From NCBI GenBank assembly GCA_963666735.1, contig OY762926.1, forward strand, positions 448,001 through 512,000: a stretch of DNA of 64,000 bases, in the 5' to 3' direction. Position 1 is the stretch's first letter. Each line of letters starts with the position of its first letter. The notes beneath the pieces are model-generated. The model did no database searches. It had not been told where the DNA came from and saw only the letters and a list, made by a program, of their open reading frames with translations. The position numbers and the translations under genes were made by a program. This DNA is from Gemmatimonadota bacterium (GTDB lineage Bacteria > Gemmatimonadota > Gemmatimonadetes > Palauibacterales > Palauibacteraceae). Shown piece by piece: positions 47,774 to 57,440 of this stretch.

Positions 47774-47916
47774 GGCACTCCGAAGTCGAGCAGGCGCGTG
47801 GCGAGATAGAGGAGGAAGATGAGTCCCACCGTATACACGATCACCGACACATAGAGCGCGCGCCAGCTACGGAAGGGCCCGATCCGGTCCTCCGTCTCGT
47901 CCCGGTGTTGCGTCAC
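47770..47916 (-). CDS. Small single-TM protein preceding the SSS gene (48 aa)
   Basis: PFRSWRALY plus one TM helix. Four-base overlaps with both neighbours. Confidence 0.7.
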   Translation of the reverse strand: MTQHRDETEDRIGPFRSWRALYVSVIVYTVGLIFLLYLATRLLDFGVP

Positions 47917-50603
47917 GGGGCGGTGATCTCGCGCCAGCGGCCGCCGTCGAGAGAGAGCAGGTTCGCCCACAGACGAAAGGCGCCGGGCACGCCCGCGCGC
48001 AGTTGCCGGAAGAAGGAGAGCGAGGTGTGGATGTAGAGTCCGCGACCCACCGGGGCTGCGAGCAGGCTGCCGCGGCGCGGCGGCTCCCCCGTATCGGCCA
48101 TCTCCAGCGGCGCCCGGTATCGCTCGTCCCACTCATCGGGGAAGTAGAGGCCGCGCTCCTGAACCCAGCCTTCGAAATCGGCCGGGCCTAACCGGTTGGG
48201 CTCCGCCAGTACGGGCGCCTGCGGGTCGACGAGCGTGACGGGGGCGTCCTCCTCCGTGACGCGGGGCGCGGGGCGGCCGATGGCGATCGGGTACGGTGCG
48301 TAGGCCCCCTCGTTGAACTCGTAGCGGTTGTACTGGACGACGACCGTACCTCCGCGCTCCGCCCACGCGAGCAGTTCCGCGTTTGCCGCAATGAGGTCCT
48401 CGCGCACCTCGTAGGCCCGGATCCCGAGCACGATCGTGTCGAATCGGTCGAGCCTCTCCGCGTCCCAGTCTCCCGGTTCGATGAGTTCGACATCGAGTCC
48501 GAGCTGCCGAATGGCTTCGGGTCCGTCGTCACCGGAACCCATCACGTAGCCGATGCGCCTGTCCGCGACTCGCACGGGGAAACGGACGATCCGCACCGCC
48601 GCATCGTCCGCCATGAGGTGCGACTCGATGTGCGGATAGTCGATGATCGTCGCGCGCGTGGCGGGGACTGCGGCCCCGGCGATCCGGATCCACGGCCGTA
48701 CGTAGAACTCCCCCTCCGCTTCTCCCGCCGGGGGCTCGACCGTGAAGCCGATCGTCCGAACCGCTCCCTCTCCCGCGAGTTCGAACGCCGTCGTCTCGGG
48801 CGTCGCGCGCCAACCGGGCGGCAGGTCGAGCCCGATCTCTCCGTCCGTCGCGTCTCGGGCGAAACTCGAAATGCGGAAGGCGATGACACGCCCATCAGAG
48901 CGGCCGGCCGGCCAGATCATCGCAGGCGCCGCCGCCGCGACGGATATGCGCGGCGCCACGTGCAGGGGTCGCCAGCTCTCTCCCGTCGCGCCATCGACGG
49001 CCCGATAGCGCACTGGATCCCCGACCTCGATGTCGAGCCGCGCGCCCGCCGCCGACACCACCGCGGCCACGCGTCCGTGAAGGGCGGGAGGACGGAACGG
49101 GAGCGCGCGAAGCTCGGGCGCATCGGGCCATTGGTACACATCGCCGTCGCGAGGGAGTTCCAGGAACCAGGGGGAGGTAGGCGGCGCGTCCACGGGCACT
49201 GTGACGGCATAACGCCACAGCGCGAGTTCGCCCGGCGCGATGTGCGCCCGGGCCGACGGGTGGAAGACCGTGTCCTCCTGACGGAAAAAGCGGGCGAACG
49301 ACCCCGGATCGTCGGGCTCCATCTCGACGTCCGGCCCGATGCCCTCCACCGCCCACCCCGGAGGGGTCTCAATGGTCGGCGGATCGAGTTCGAGCGTGGC
49401 GGCGGCGCCGCTCCAGACGCGCGCCTCGACGAGTACGGTCTGTCCGGGCACCAGGACATCGTCCCGCGCCCGCAGTTCGACGCGCACTCCGGCCACCGCG
49501 AGGATGGCCCGCGCGAGCAGGCGCGCGCGACGGTCGAGTTCGCGTCGCAGTTCGCTCTCCGGCCCGATGAGTGCGGCGGCGCGGAGCCGCTCCAATGACC
49601 GCGACGCCTCGCCGAGGAAGGGCAGGGCGGTCTCCGGCCTCGTCGCGTTCAGCGCGCCGCCGGCGCGCCCGATGGCTTCGCGGTAGGCGCGAACGTCCTC
49701 CCGTGCGGTCTCTCCGAGGTCGGTGGCCAGACTTGCCAGGGTCGTGTCGATCCCCGCAAACAGCGGTTCCGTCGAAGAGCCGCCCACTCGCGAGGACACG
49801 AGCGAAAGGCGCGTGACGCGCGGGCCGGGCGGCAGCGCGGTGCCGAAGTCCTGCGAGCGGTGCTGGCTGCGGCTGTCCATCGCGACTTGGTGGTGCGTGA
49901 GGCCGAGCAGAGGGTCGAGGGCGCCCGTCTCGATGTCGATCGCGGTGGCGCCCGGCTCGAAGAGAGGGCGGCGGTACAGTTTCGGCGGCGCCCAGGGTTC
50001 CGTCCCCGCCGCCACCTGCTCCGGAAAGCGGGTCGGGTCGCCCGCGGCGTCGAAGGCCTCGTGCGTGAGAAGGCCGGATACCTGGTGGTGTCCGTGGCCG
50101 TCCCCGTCCGTTCCGCTCCACATCGTGATGAGCACGTGGGGACGGAAGCGCCGGATGGTCCACACCAGGTCGGACAGGACGCGCTCGCGCGGCCACTTCG
50201 CGAAGGTTTCCTCCGCCGTCTTCGAGTAGCCGAAGTCGAAGGCGCGGCCGAAAAACTGCTGCGCGCCGTCGATCGTACGAGCGGCCAGCAGTTCGCCCGA
50301 GCGGATGATGCCGAGTCCCTCTCCGAGTTCCGTGCCGATGAGGTTCTGGCCTCCCTCGCCTCGCGTGAACGAGAAATAGGCCGCTTCCGCCCCCCGTCCG
50401 CGCGCGAGCGTGGTCAGCAGAGCGGTATCTTCGTCATCCGGGTGCGCCGCCACGACGAGCACCCTCTTCACTCCATCGAGCTGCCGGAGGATGAGTCCCG
50501 CCTCGATCGCGCCGGGAAGGCGCGACCCCTGTGCGTGTACGAGCGCCGGGAGCAGGCTCCACGCCGCGATGGCGATCAGGGTGGACGTCAATCGAGGTTG
50601 CAT
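47913..50603 (-). CDS. Secreted multidomain PIG-L/LmbE family deacetylase
   Basis: Signal peptide, AAHPDDED, TRGEGGQN, DFGYSK, HGHH, SRSQHRSQ, GWVQERGLYF. Confidence 0.9.
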   Translation of the reverse strand: MQPRLTSTLIAIAAWSLLPALVHAQGSRLPGAIEAGLILRQLDGVKRVLVVAAHPDDEDTALLTTLARGRGAEAAYFSFTRGEGGQNLIGTELGEGLGIIRSGELLAARTIDGAQQFFGRAFDFGYSKTAEETFAKWPRERVLSDLVWTIRRFRPHVLITMWSGTDGDGHGHHQVSGLLTHEAFDAAGDPTRFPEQVAAGTEPWAPPKLYRRPLFEPGATAIDIETGALDPLLGLTHHQVAMDSRSQHRSQDFGTALPPGPRVTRLSLVSSRVGGSSTEPLFAGIDTTLASLATDLGETAREDVRAYREAIGRAGGALNATRPETALPFLGEASRSLERLRAAALIGPESELRRELDRRARLLARAILAVAGVRVELRARDDVLVPGQTVLVEARVWSGAAATLELDPPTIETPPGWAVEGIGPDVEMEPDDPGSFARFFRQEDTVFHPSARAHIAPGELALWRYAVTVPVDAPPTSPWFLELPRDGDVYQWPDAPELRALPFRPPALHGRVAAVVSAAGARLDIEVGDPVRYRAVDGATGESWRPLHVAPRISVAAAAPAMIWPAGRSDGRVIAFRISSFARDATDGEIGLDLPPGWRATPETTAFELAGEGAVRTIGFTVEPPAGEAEGEFYVRPWIRIAGAAVPATRATIIDYPHIESHLMADDAAVRIVRFPVRVADRRIGYVMGSGDDGPEAIRQLGLDVELIEPGDWDAERLDRFDTIVLGIRAYEVREDLIAANAELLAWAERGGTVVVQYNRYEFNEGAYAPYPIAIGRPAPRVTEEDAPVTLVDPQAPVLAEPNRLGPADFEGWVQERGLYFPDEWDERYRAPLEMADTGEPPRRGSLLAAPVGRGLYIHTSLSFFRQLRAGVPGAFRLWANLLSLDGGRWREITAP

Positions 50604-50730
50604 GGGCGGGAAGCTACGTCCGCGCGGGGGCCCCAGAAAGCGAGACGTGCGCAACGCGTGGCTCGGTCGCGCACACATGCTCCCCGCCTCCCTTCGGGAC
50701 AGGGTCCTACATCTATTACCTGCCCTACAG

Positions 50731-50759
50731 TTGACTCGCGGCGCATGGAGTTGGATAAT
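50731..50759 (+). promoter_or_regulatory. Sigma70-type promoter
   Basis: TTGACT-N17-GATAAT upstream of the gene at 50833. Confidence 0.65.
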
Positions 50760-50832
50760 GGTTCATTCCACATCGCAAGAACGCGCCCTCGGCATCTATC
50801 GTCGAGCGCACAGGCCCGCACGAGGAGGCACA

Positions 50833-51516
50833 ATGAACGAGCACGTGATGAAATTCATAGAGAAGGAATTGGCGAGGGATCCCGGGGTCTCGAACGCGAC
50901 GCTCTTTGAGGGGGCGAAACTCATAGACAAGGCCATCGGGAAGCTGAATCCGAGGCAGTTCCACGCGAAGTATCCGCTGCAGGTCAAGCGGCGTCTGGGC
51001 GGCGCAGGCTCCGGGCGGGCGGCTCCGGCGCGCGCAAGGGCGAAGGCGGCGCGGCGGCCGCGCGTCTCGACGGGGGATGCGGGCGCCGCGGTCCTGGCAT
51101 ATGTGACGCGCGTGCTCAAGAGGAATCCCGAGGTCAAGAACGCGGAGTTGTTCAAGGGCGCCTGTGAGATCGACGCTTCAGTCGCCGAGCTGTCGGCTCG
51201 GCAGTTCCACGCAAAATACCCGCTTCAGGTGAAGCGGCGCATGGCCACGGCCGCCGCGCCGGCCCCCGTCGCGCCGGCTCCGGCTCCGGCTCCGGCTCCC
51301 GCCGCTCCGGCTGTGGCGGAGCCCGCGCCGCCGACTGCCACGGCCCCCGCGGCCGAAGTCCCATCGATGGGAGATGGGGACGCGGCCGCCGTCCGCGGAC
51401 TGCTCTTCAATCTGGCGAGAGAACTGGCCAACGCCGGGACGCAGGCCGAGACGATCGAAGTCATGGTGCGGCTGGACGGTTACGTGGACGACATCATGCA
51501 GGCGGCTCGAAACTGA
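50833..51516 (+). CDS. Hypothetical protein with two copies of a ~50-aa basic domain
   Basis: GAGGAGG RBS, two RQFHAKYPLQVKRR motifs, Ala/Pro linker, helical C-terminus. Confidence 0.85.
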   Translation: MNEHVMKFIEKELARDPGVSNATLFEGAKLIDKAIGKLNPRQFHAKYPLQVKRRLGGAGSGRAAPARARAKAARRPRVSTGDAGAAVLAYVTRVLKRNPEVKNAELFKGACEIDASVAELSARQFHAKYPLQVKRRMATAAAPAPVAPAPAPAPAPAAPAVAEPAPPTATAPAAEVPSMGDGDAAAVRGLLFNLARELANAGTQAETIEVMVRLDGYVDDIMQAARN

Positions 51517-51614
51517 GTCGCACCGGCCGGCCGGCTCCCGGCTGGCGGTCCGCTTCGCCGCAGTTTCCGAGAGCCCGGCGTACATGCGTCGGGCTCTCGT
51601 CGTTTCTGGCCGCG

Positions 51615-52424
51615 GTGCTCGGCGTCGCCCTCGCCGGGCCGGCGGCGGCGCAACTGAAGCGGGACGCGCTCGTTCAGCCCGTGGGTGTGGGAGACGGCGA
51701 AGCCATCATGGGTGTCGGCTTCACTCGCACGACGAACGGCGCCTTCCCGCTGGCCGGACTCAGAGGAGATCTGAACGCCTTCCCGGTGCTCCACGCCGCC
51801 TGGGCGATCGGGCCGCACGCGGTGCTCGAACTGAAGGGGGCGGCACGGAAGGTTCTCGAGATCGAGGGGCGAGATCCGGTTGCCGCCGTCGAGCTTGATC
51901 CCTCCGTTCGAGACGGCACGACGCGCGACGTGGGCGATTTCGAACTCGCCATCTCCCTCGCGCCTCTCGGAGGGCCCAGGGGCTTCTCGGCCGGGGGGCA
52001 CGTGGGAGTCAAGCTGCCGAACTCCGACGAAACGAGGGGAATCGGCACGAACACGACGGACGTCACGATCGCGGCCCTGTTTTCCTGGGCCTCCGCTCGC
52101 TGGCGCGCGACCGGCTGGTTCGGCGTCGGCATCCTGGCGGTGCCGGCCGAGCCCTTCGAGCAGAACGATGCGTTCGCCTACGCGTTCGAAGCTTCATGGG
52201 ACGTGGCCCCGCCCTGGCGGCTATCCGTCGGGACCCAAGGGCGGTCCAGTACAAGGAGGGTGTCGCCGCCCGGGACCGGCGACCTCGGCGAACTCCGGGC
52301 CACGGTGGAGTGGAGACGGGGACCGGTGGCCATCGACGGGGCGGTCGGGCACGGGACCACCGAAATGAGCGGAGATTGGAATATGCGCGCGGGCGTCGCC
52401 TGGACGCTTGCCGGGAATCCGTAG
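51615..52424 (+). CDS. Probable outer-membrane beta-barrel protein
   Basis: AAAQ signal cleavage site, GDFELA, VKLPN, GIGT, terminal AGVAW strand. The true start is probably further upstream. Confidence 0.65.
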   Translation: MLGVALAGPAAAQLKRDALVQPVGVGDGEAIMGVGFTRTTNGAFPLAGLRGDLNAFPVLHAAWAIGPHAVLELKGAARKVLEIEGRDPVAAVELDPSVRDGTTRDVGDFELAISLAPLGGPRGFSAGGHVGVKLPNSDETRGIGTNTTDVTIAALFSWASARWRATGWFGVGILAVPAEPFEQNDAFAYAFEASWDVAPPWRLSVGTQGRSSTRRVSPPGTGDLGELRATVEWRRGPVAIDGAVGHGTTEMSGDWNMRAGVAWTLAGNP

Positions 52425-52478
52425 GCGGCTCATCGTCCGGCGACCGGATCCGGAATACACGACTCAGGGAGGAACGTC

Positions 52479-52859
52479 ATGAGCGACGCGAAGCCCCGGC
52501 ATTTCCGCTGGGAGGAGTTGCCGTGGGAGCGCGTAACCGAGCAGTTGGGCCGGCGCATGGTGACGGGAGACCGGGCCATGATCGCCCAGGTCCTGCTCGA
52601 GGAGGGCGCGGTCGTTCCCACACACTCGCACGAGAATGAGCAGTTCACATACATCCTCGAGGGCGCGCTGCACTTCTGGCTCGGCGAAGACGGGAGCGAG
52701 GAGGTCGTCGTGCGCGCGGGCGAGATCCTTCACATTCCTTCTCACGTCCCCCACAAGGCCATAGCGCTCGAGAAGACGCTGGATCTCGACATCTTCTGTC
52801 CTCCCCGCACGGACTGGCTCGATGGGACGGACTCCTACTTCCACGACACGGACGCCTGA
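52479..52859 (+). CDS. Cupin domain protein
   Basis: HSHENEQFTYILEG and IPSHVPH. Confidence 0.9.
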   Translation: MSDAKPRHFRWEELPWERVTEQLGRRMVTGDRAMIAQVLLEEGAVVPTHSHENEQFTYILEGALHFWLGEDGSEEVVVRAGEILHIPSHVPHKAIALEKTLDLDIFCPPRTDWLDGTDSYFHDTDA

Positions 52860-53650
52860 TGGATCTGGGGATCGCGGGCCGTGTCGCCCTGGTCGCCGCC
52901 TCCTCGAAGGGCCTCGGCCGGGCCGTGGCGGAGGAACTGGCGGCGGAAGGGACTCACCTGGCGATGTGCGCGCGCGGGCAGGCGGCGCTCGCGGAAGCCG
53001 TGGCCTCCGCGGATGCGCGCGGGCCGGGCGACGTCTTCGGTATCGCGGCCGATCTGTCGGATCCGGCGGATGTGGCCGGTCTGGTCGAAGCGGCGATGAG
53101 CCGTTTCGGACGCGTGGATATCCTCGTGAACAACGCGGGCGGGCCGCCGGCCGGGAAGTTCGAGGACCACGACCGGGGGGCGTGGAAGGCGGCCGTGCGC
53201 CTCAACCTCGAGAGCGCCCTCGACCTGACGCGCGCGGTGCTGCCCGGCATGAGGGAGCGCGGGTGGGGACGGATCCTGAACATCACCTCGGTCGCGGTGA
53301 AGGAACCGGTGGATGGCCTGATCCTCTCCAACAGCGTGCGCGCCGCCGTGACCGGCTTCGCAAAAACCCTCTCGAACGAGGTCGCGTCGTTCGGCATCAC
53401 CGTGAACAACGTGCTTCCGGGCTTCACGCGCACCGCGAGGCTGGAGGAACTGGCCGCCGTGCACGCCGAAGCCGGTGGGATCTCGATGGAGGAGGTGGAG
53501 GCGGGATGGAACGCCGCGATTCCCGCGAGCCGGCTCGGTGAGCCGCGCGAGTTCGCCGCGGTCGTGGCATTCCTCGCCTCCGAGCGCGCCAGCTACGTGA
53601 CGGGCGTGTCCATCGCCGTCGACGGGGGCCGCACCAGGGCCCTGCAGTGA
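52859..53650 (+). CDS. SDR family oxidoreductase
   Basis: AASSKGLG, DILVNNAGGP, VNNVLPG, VDGG. Confidence 0.92.
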   Translation: MDLGIAGRVALVAASSKGLGRAVAEELAAEGTHLAMCARGQAALAEAVASADARGPGDVFGIAADLSDPADVAGLVEAAMSRFGRVDILVNNAGGPPAGKFEDHDRGAWKAAVRLNLESALDLTRAVLPGMRERGWGRILNITSVAVKEPVDGLILSNSVRAAVTGFAKTLSNEVASFGITVNNVLPGFTRTARLEELAAVHAEAGGISMEEVEAGWNAAIPASRLGEPREFAAVVAFLASERASYVTGVSIAVDGGRTRALQ

Positions 53651-55884
53651 TCTTCGCGGCCCGGCGCTCGGCCGGGAGGCGGGGTGCCAGCCCGGCCGCC
53701 GCTGCGCTGGGCGCCGTCGGGGTGCTGGGCGGGGGACTCTGGCTGTGGGTGGGCGCGGCGCCCCCGGGGATGCCGCCCGGACAGGAGGCGCGTGCGTGCA
53801 CGCCCGCCGCCGCGCAGGGGGCCGCGGCGAACCCCGACCTGTACTGCATGGCCCTGTTCCCGACGCCCCGCGTGCCCGGCGCGGCCGGCACGGTCGAACT
53901 GCGCCGCCCGCCGGGACCGTTCTCCATGGGAGTGACGCCGGACGGACGTCTCCTGTACGACGCGGTGATCTCGACGGACCTTCCGCCGCCCTCCACGCTC
54001 GGGCCGTACGACCGTTACGTCGCCTGGGCCTCGACACAGGTGCTGTCGCCCATCGAACGGCTCGGGGAGGTCCCGGCCCGCGGACGCGTCGACGTGGGGC
54101 AGGTCGGGTTCAACAAGTTCCTCATCCTGATTACGGCGGAATCCGGCGCGGCGCCCGGAGCCGAACCTGGAGCGGAACCTGGGGCGGACGCGGAGCCGGC
54201 GGGACCGTACGTGCTGCGGGCCCAGTCGCCTTCCAGTCGCATGCAGCCCGCCGACTTCCTCGAGTTTGCGCTCGGCGCTTCCCGGATGGATCCCGGCGAG
54301 ATGGCGATGGACGACGCGTGGAGCGGGGTGCCGATGCCCGACGGGGTCATGATGCTTCCGGCGCTCATGGAGCTTCGGCCGGACGTACAGCCCTGGCTGC
54401 CGGGCGACGGCTGGGAGGGCGAAATCGTCGACGCCCGCCCCCGCGAATTGATCGAACTGGCCGATGGCGACTCGCTCGCGCTGGACGCGATCTACGTGCG
54501 CCGCCGCATCGGGAGCCGCGAACTCCTCGGCTACGGCTTCAACGGACAGATCCCGGGGCCCCTCCTCTGGGTTCCCGAGGACGCGACCGTCACGATCGAT
54601 TTCACGAACCGCATCGACTGGCCGACCGCGATCCACTGGCACGGCCTCCGTCTCGACAACCGCTTCGACGGCGTCCCCGGCCTGACGCAGGATCCCGTCG
54701 CCCCCGGCGAGAGCTTCCGTTACACGGTGCATTTCCCCGACCCCGGCCTCTACTGGTACCACCCCCACCACCGCGAGGACGTCCAGCAGGATCTGGGACT
54801 GGCGGGCAACCTCATGGTCCGCTCCGGAGACCCCGGCTACTACGGTCCGGTCCACCGCGAGGAGGTCGTCATGCTCGACGACCTGCTCGTGGGCGAGCAC
54901 GGGATCGTCCCCTTCGGACTGGAGCGCGCCACGCATGCGTTGATGGGCCGGTTCGGCAACACCATGCTCGTGAACGGGGAGCCCGACTACGCGCTGAACG
55001 TGGAGCGCGGGTCCGTCGTCCGTTTCTACTTCACCAACGCGTCGAACACGCGGACGTTCAACCTCTCCTTCGGCGGAGCGCCGATGAAGCTCGTGGGCGC
55101 CGACGTGGGCAACTTCGAGCGGGAGGCGTGGGTCGAGAGCGTGATCATCGCGCCGGCGGAGCGCTACATCGTGCATGTCGCCTTCCCCGAGAGCGGGAGC
55201 TACGCCCTTCTGAACCGTGTCCAGGGGATCGATCACATCGGCGGCAGCTTCTTCCCCGAACAGGACACGCTGGGCGTCGTTCGGGTCGGCGCCGGGGACG
55301 CGACGCCGGATTTGAACGAGACCTTCGAGACGCTGCGTCGGAACGGGCGCGCGAGCGAGGAGATCGCACCCTACCGCCTGCTGTTCGACCGCCCGGTCGA
55401 CCTCACGCTGGAACTCGACATGACGACGCGTGGCCTCCCGCTCGTCGTCGAGCGTCTCATGCAGGTGGATTCGTCGTACTTCCACCCGATCGAGTGGTCG
55501 GGAACGATGCCGATGATGAACCTGATGTCGACGCCGGAGAACGTGTCGTGGACGCTGCGCGAACCCTCGACGGGACTCGAGAACGAGGCGGTCCGGTGGA
55601 CGTTTCGGGTGGGCGACGTGGTCAAACTGAGGCTCCGGAGCCGCCGCGAGACGCTGCACCAGATGCAGCATCCGATCCATATCCACGGCCAGCGCTTTCT
55701 CGTCCTCGCCACGAACGGCGTCGCGCACGACAACTTTGCCTGGAAGGACACGGCCGTTGTCCCGGTCGGCGGTTCGCTCGACATCCTGCTCGAACTCTCG
55801 AACCCCGGCCGCTGGATGCTCCACTGCCACATCGCCGAACACCTGGAGGCGGGCATGAGGATGGTGTTCACGGTGGAGCCGTGA
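53647..55884 (+). CDS. Multicopper oxidase with N-terminal extra domain
   Basis: All four Cu motifs are present: HWHG, WYHPH, HPIHIHG, HCHIAEHLEAGM. Confidence 0.92.
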   Translation: MIFAARRSAGRRGASPAAAALGAVGVLGGGLWLWVGAAPPGMPPGQEARACTPAAAQGAAANPDLYCMALFPTPRVPGAAGTVELRRPPGPFSMGVTPDGRLLYDAVISTDLPPPSTLGPYDRYVAWASTQVLSPIERLGEVPARGRVDVGQVGFNKFLILITAESGAAPGAEPGAEPGADAEPAGPYVLRAQSPSSRMQPADFLEFALGASRMDPGEMAMDDAWSGVPMPDGVMMLPALMELRPDVQPWLPGDGWEGEIVDARPRELIELADGDSLALDAIYVRRRIGSRELLGYGFNGQIPGPLLWVPEDATVTIDFTNRIDWPTAIHWHGLRLDNRFDGVPGLTQDPVAPGESFRYTVHFPDPGLYWYHPHHREDVQQDLGLAGNLMVRSGDPGYYGPVHREEVVMLDDLLVGEHGIVPFGLERATHALMGRFGNTMLVNGEPDYALNVERGSVVRFYFTNASNTRTFNLSFGGAPMKLVGADVGNFEREAWVESVIIAPAERYIVHVAFPESGSYALLNRVQGIDHIGGSFFPEQDTLGVVRVGAGDATPDLNETFETLRRNGRASEEIAPYRLLFDRPVDLTLELDMTTRGLPLVVERLMQVDSSYFHPIEWSGTMPMMNLMSTPENVSWTLREPSTGLENEAVRWTFRVGDVVKLRLRSRRETLHQMQHPIHIHGQRFLVLATNGVAHDNFAWKDTAVVPVGGSLDILLELSNPGRWMLHCHIAEHLEAGMRMVFTVEP

Positions 55885-55934
55885 CGCGGTAGGTTTTTCG
55901 GGCCCCCGAACGGCTCAACTCACTGGAGTGTCCC

Positions 55935-57380
55935 ATGAGAAAGCTCATCGCGGCCCCCGTCGCGCTCGCGGCCCTGCTCGCCCCGGTCGCCCCGGCCCAC
56001 CTGTCCGCGCAGTCGGCGGCGGAACTCAGCGCCGAGACCTCGGAGTTCGTGTCCATCGCCGGCCCGACCGTCGCTCTCACCGGCGTCAAGGTCATCGACG
56101 GGACCGGCGCCGGCGCCCGGACGAACCAGACCGTCGTGATCGAAGGGAACCGGATCGCCGCGGCCGGTCCGGCGGGCACGGTCGAGATTCCGTCCGGCGC
56201 CGAGGTCCGTGAACTGCCGGGACACACCGTGATCCCGGGGATGATCGGACTCCACAACCACATGTTCTTCATGGGCGCCGGGGGCCGGATGTCCCAGGGC
56301 AACATCTCCTCCCCGCGCCTCTACCTCGCGGCGGGGGTCACGACGATCCGCACGACGGGCAGCGTCTCGCCCTACGCCGATCTCAACGTCAAGTCGAACA
56401 TCGAGCGCGGACTGGCGCCGGGACCCCGCATGCACGTGACGGCGCCGTACGTGACCGGACCCAACCCGGCCCTCGGGGACATGGCTCAGGTGAACTCGCC
56501 CGAGGAGGCGCGCCGCTTCGTTCGCTACTGGGCCGGGGAGGGCGCGTCCTGGATCAAGGCCTACACGACGATCCGCCGCGCGGAACTCGCCGCCGTCGTC
56601 GAGGAGGCGCACGCGCACGGCCTCCGGGTCACGGGGCACATCTGCTCGATCACCTTCCAGGAGGCCGTCGACCTGGGGATGGACAACATCGAGCACGGAT
56701 TCGGGACCGCGACGGACTTCGATCCGCGCAAGCGGCCCGACGAGTGTCCGCCCAATTCCATGATCAGGGTCGGGGAACAGGGCGATCCGACGGGGGAGAC
56801 GGCCCGGGCGCTGATCCTCTCCATGGTCGAGAACGACGTGGGGATGACGTCGACGATGGCCGTGATCGAGCCCATGACGAAGGGGCGGGCCGTCCTCGAC
56901 GAGCGAACGCTCGAGGCGATGGCTCCAGAGGTGCGGGAGGACTACCTCGAGATGGTGGACAGGATCGAGGCGGATCCCGGCTGGTCCATGACGGAGACGC
57001 ACCTCCAGAAGCACATGGCGTTCGAGCGCGGCTTCGTCGAGGCCGGGGGCGTGCTGGCGGCCGGCGTGGACCCGACCGGGATCGGGGGGGCGATCGCCGG
57101 CTTCGGGGACCAGCGGAACTACGAGCTTCTCATCGAGGCGGGGTTCGACGCCTCGACGGTGGTCCGGATCGTGAGCGCGAACGGCGCCCGCATCATGGGC
57201 GTGGACGACGAGGTCGGGACGATCGAGCCCGGGAAGCTCGCGGATCTGGTCGTGCTCGAGGGCGATCTCGAGTCGGACTCCGCGATCATCAGGAATGTGA
57301 CGGTCGTGTTCAAGGACGGCGTCGGTTACGACTCGGAGAAGCTCATCGACTCCGTGAAGGGGATGGTCGGGATTCGGTAA
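55935..57380 (+). CDS. Secreted amidohydrolase family protein
   Basis: PGMIGLHNH, GVTTIRT, VTGH, IEHG, GTIEPGKLADLVV. Confidence 0.9.
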   Translation: MRKLIAAPVALAALLAPVAPAHLSAQSAAELSAETSEFVSIAGPTVALTGVKVIDGTGAGARTNQTVVIEGNRIAAAGPAGTVEIPSGAEVRELPGHTVIPGMIGLHNHMFFMGAGGRMSQGNISSPRLYLAAGVTTIRTTGSVSPYADLNVKSNIERGLAPGPRMHVTAPYVTGPNPALGDMAQVNSPEEARRFVRYWAGEGASWIKAYTTIRRAELAAVVEEAHAHGLRVTGHICSITFQEAVDLGMDNIEHGFGTATDFDPRKRPDECPPNSMIRVGEQGDPTGETARALILSMVENDVGMTSTMAVIEPMTKGRAVLDERTLEAMAPEVREDYLEMVDRIEADPGWSMTETHLQKHMAFERGFVEAGGVLAAGVDPTGIGGAIAGFGDQRNYELLIEAGFDASTVVRIVSANGARIMGVDDEVGTIEPGKLADLVVLEGDLESDSAIIRNVTVVFKDGVGYDSEKLIDSVKGMVGIR

Positions 57381-57440
57381 CGGGGGACCCCGCCGAGAAT
57401 GGACCCGGGCAGGGACCCGTCGAGAGAGGTCGAGAGAGGA

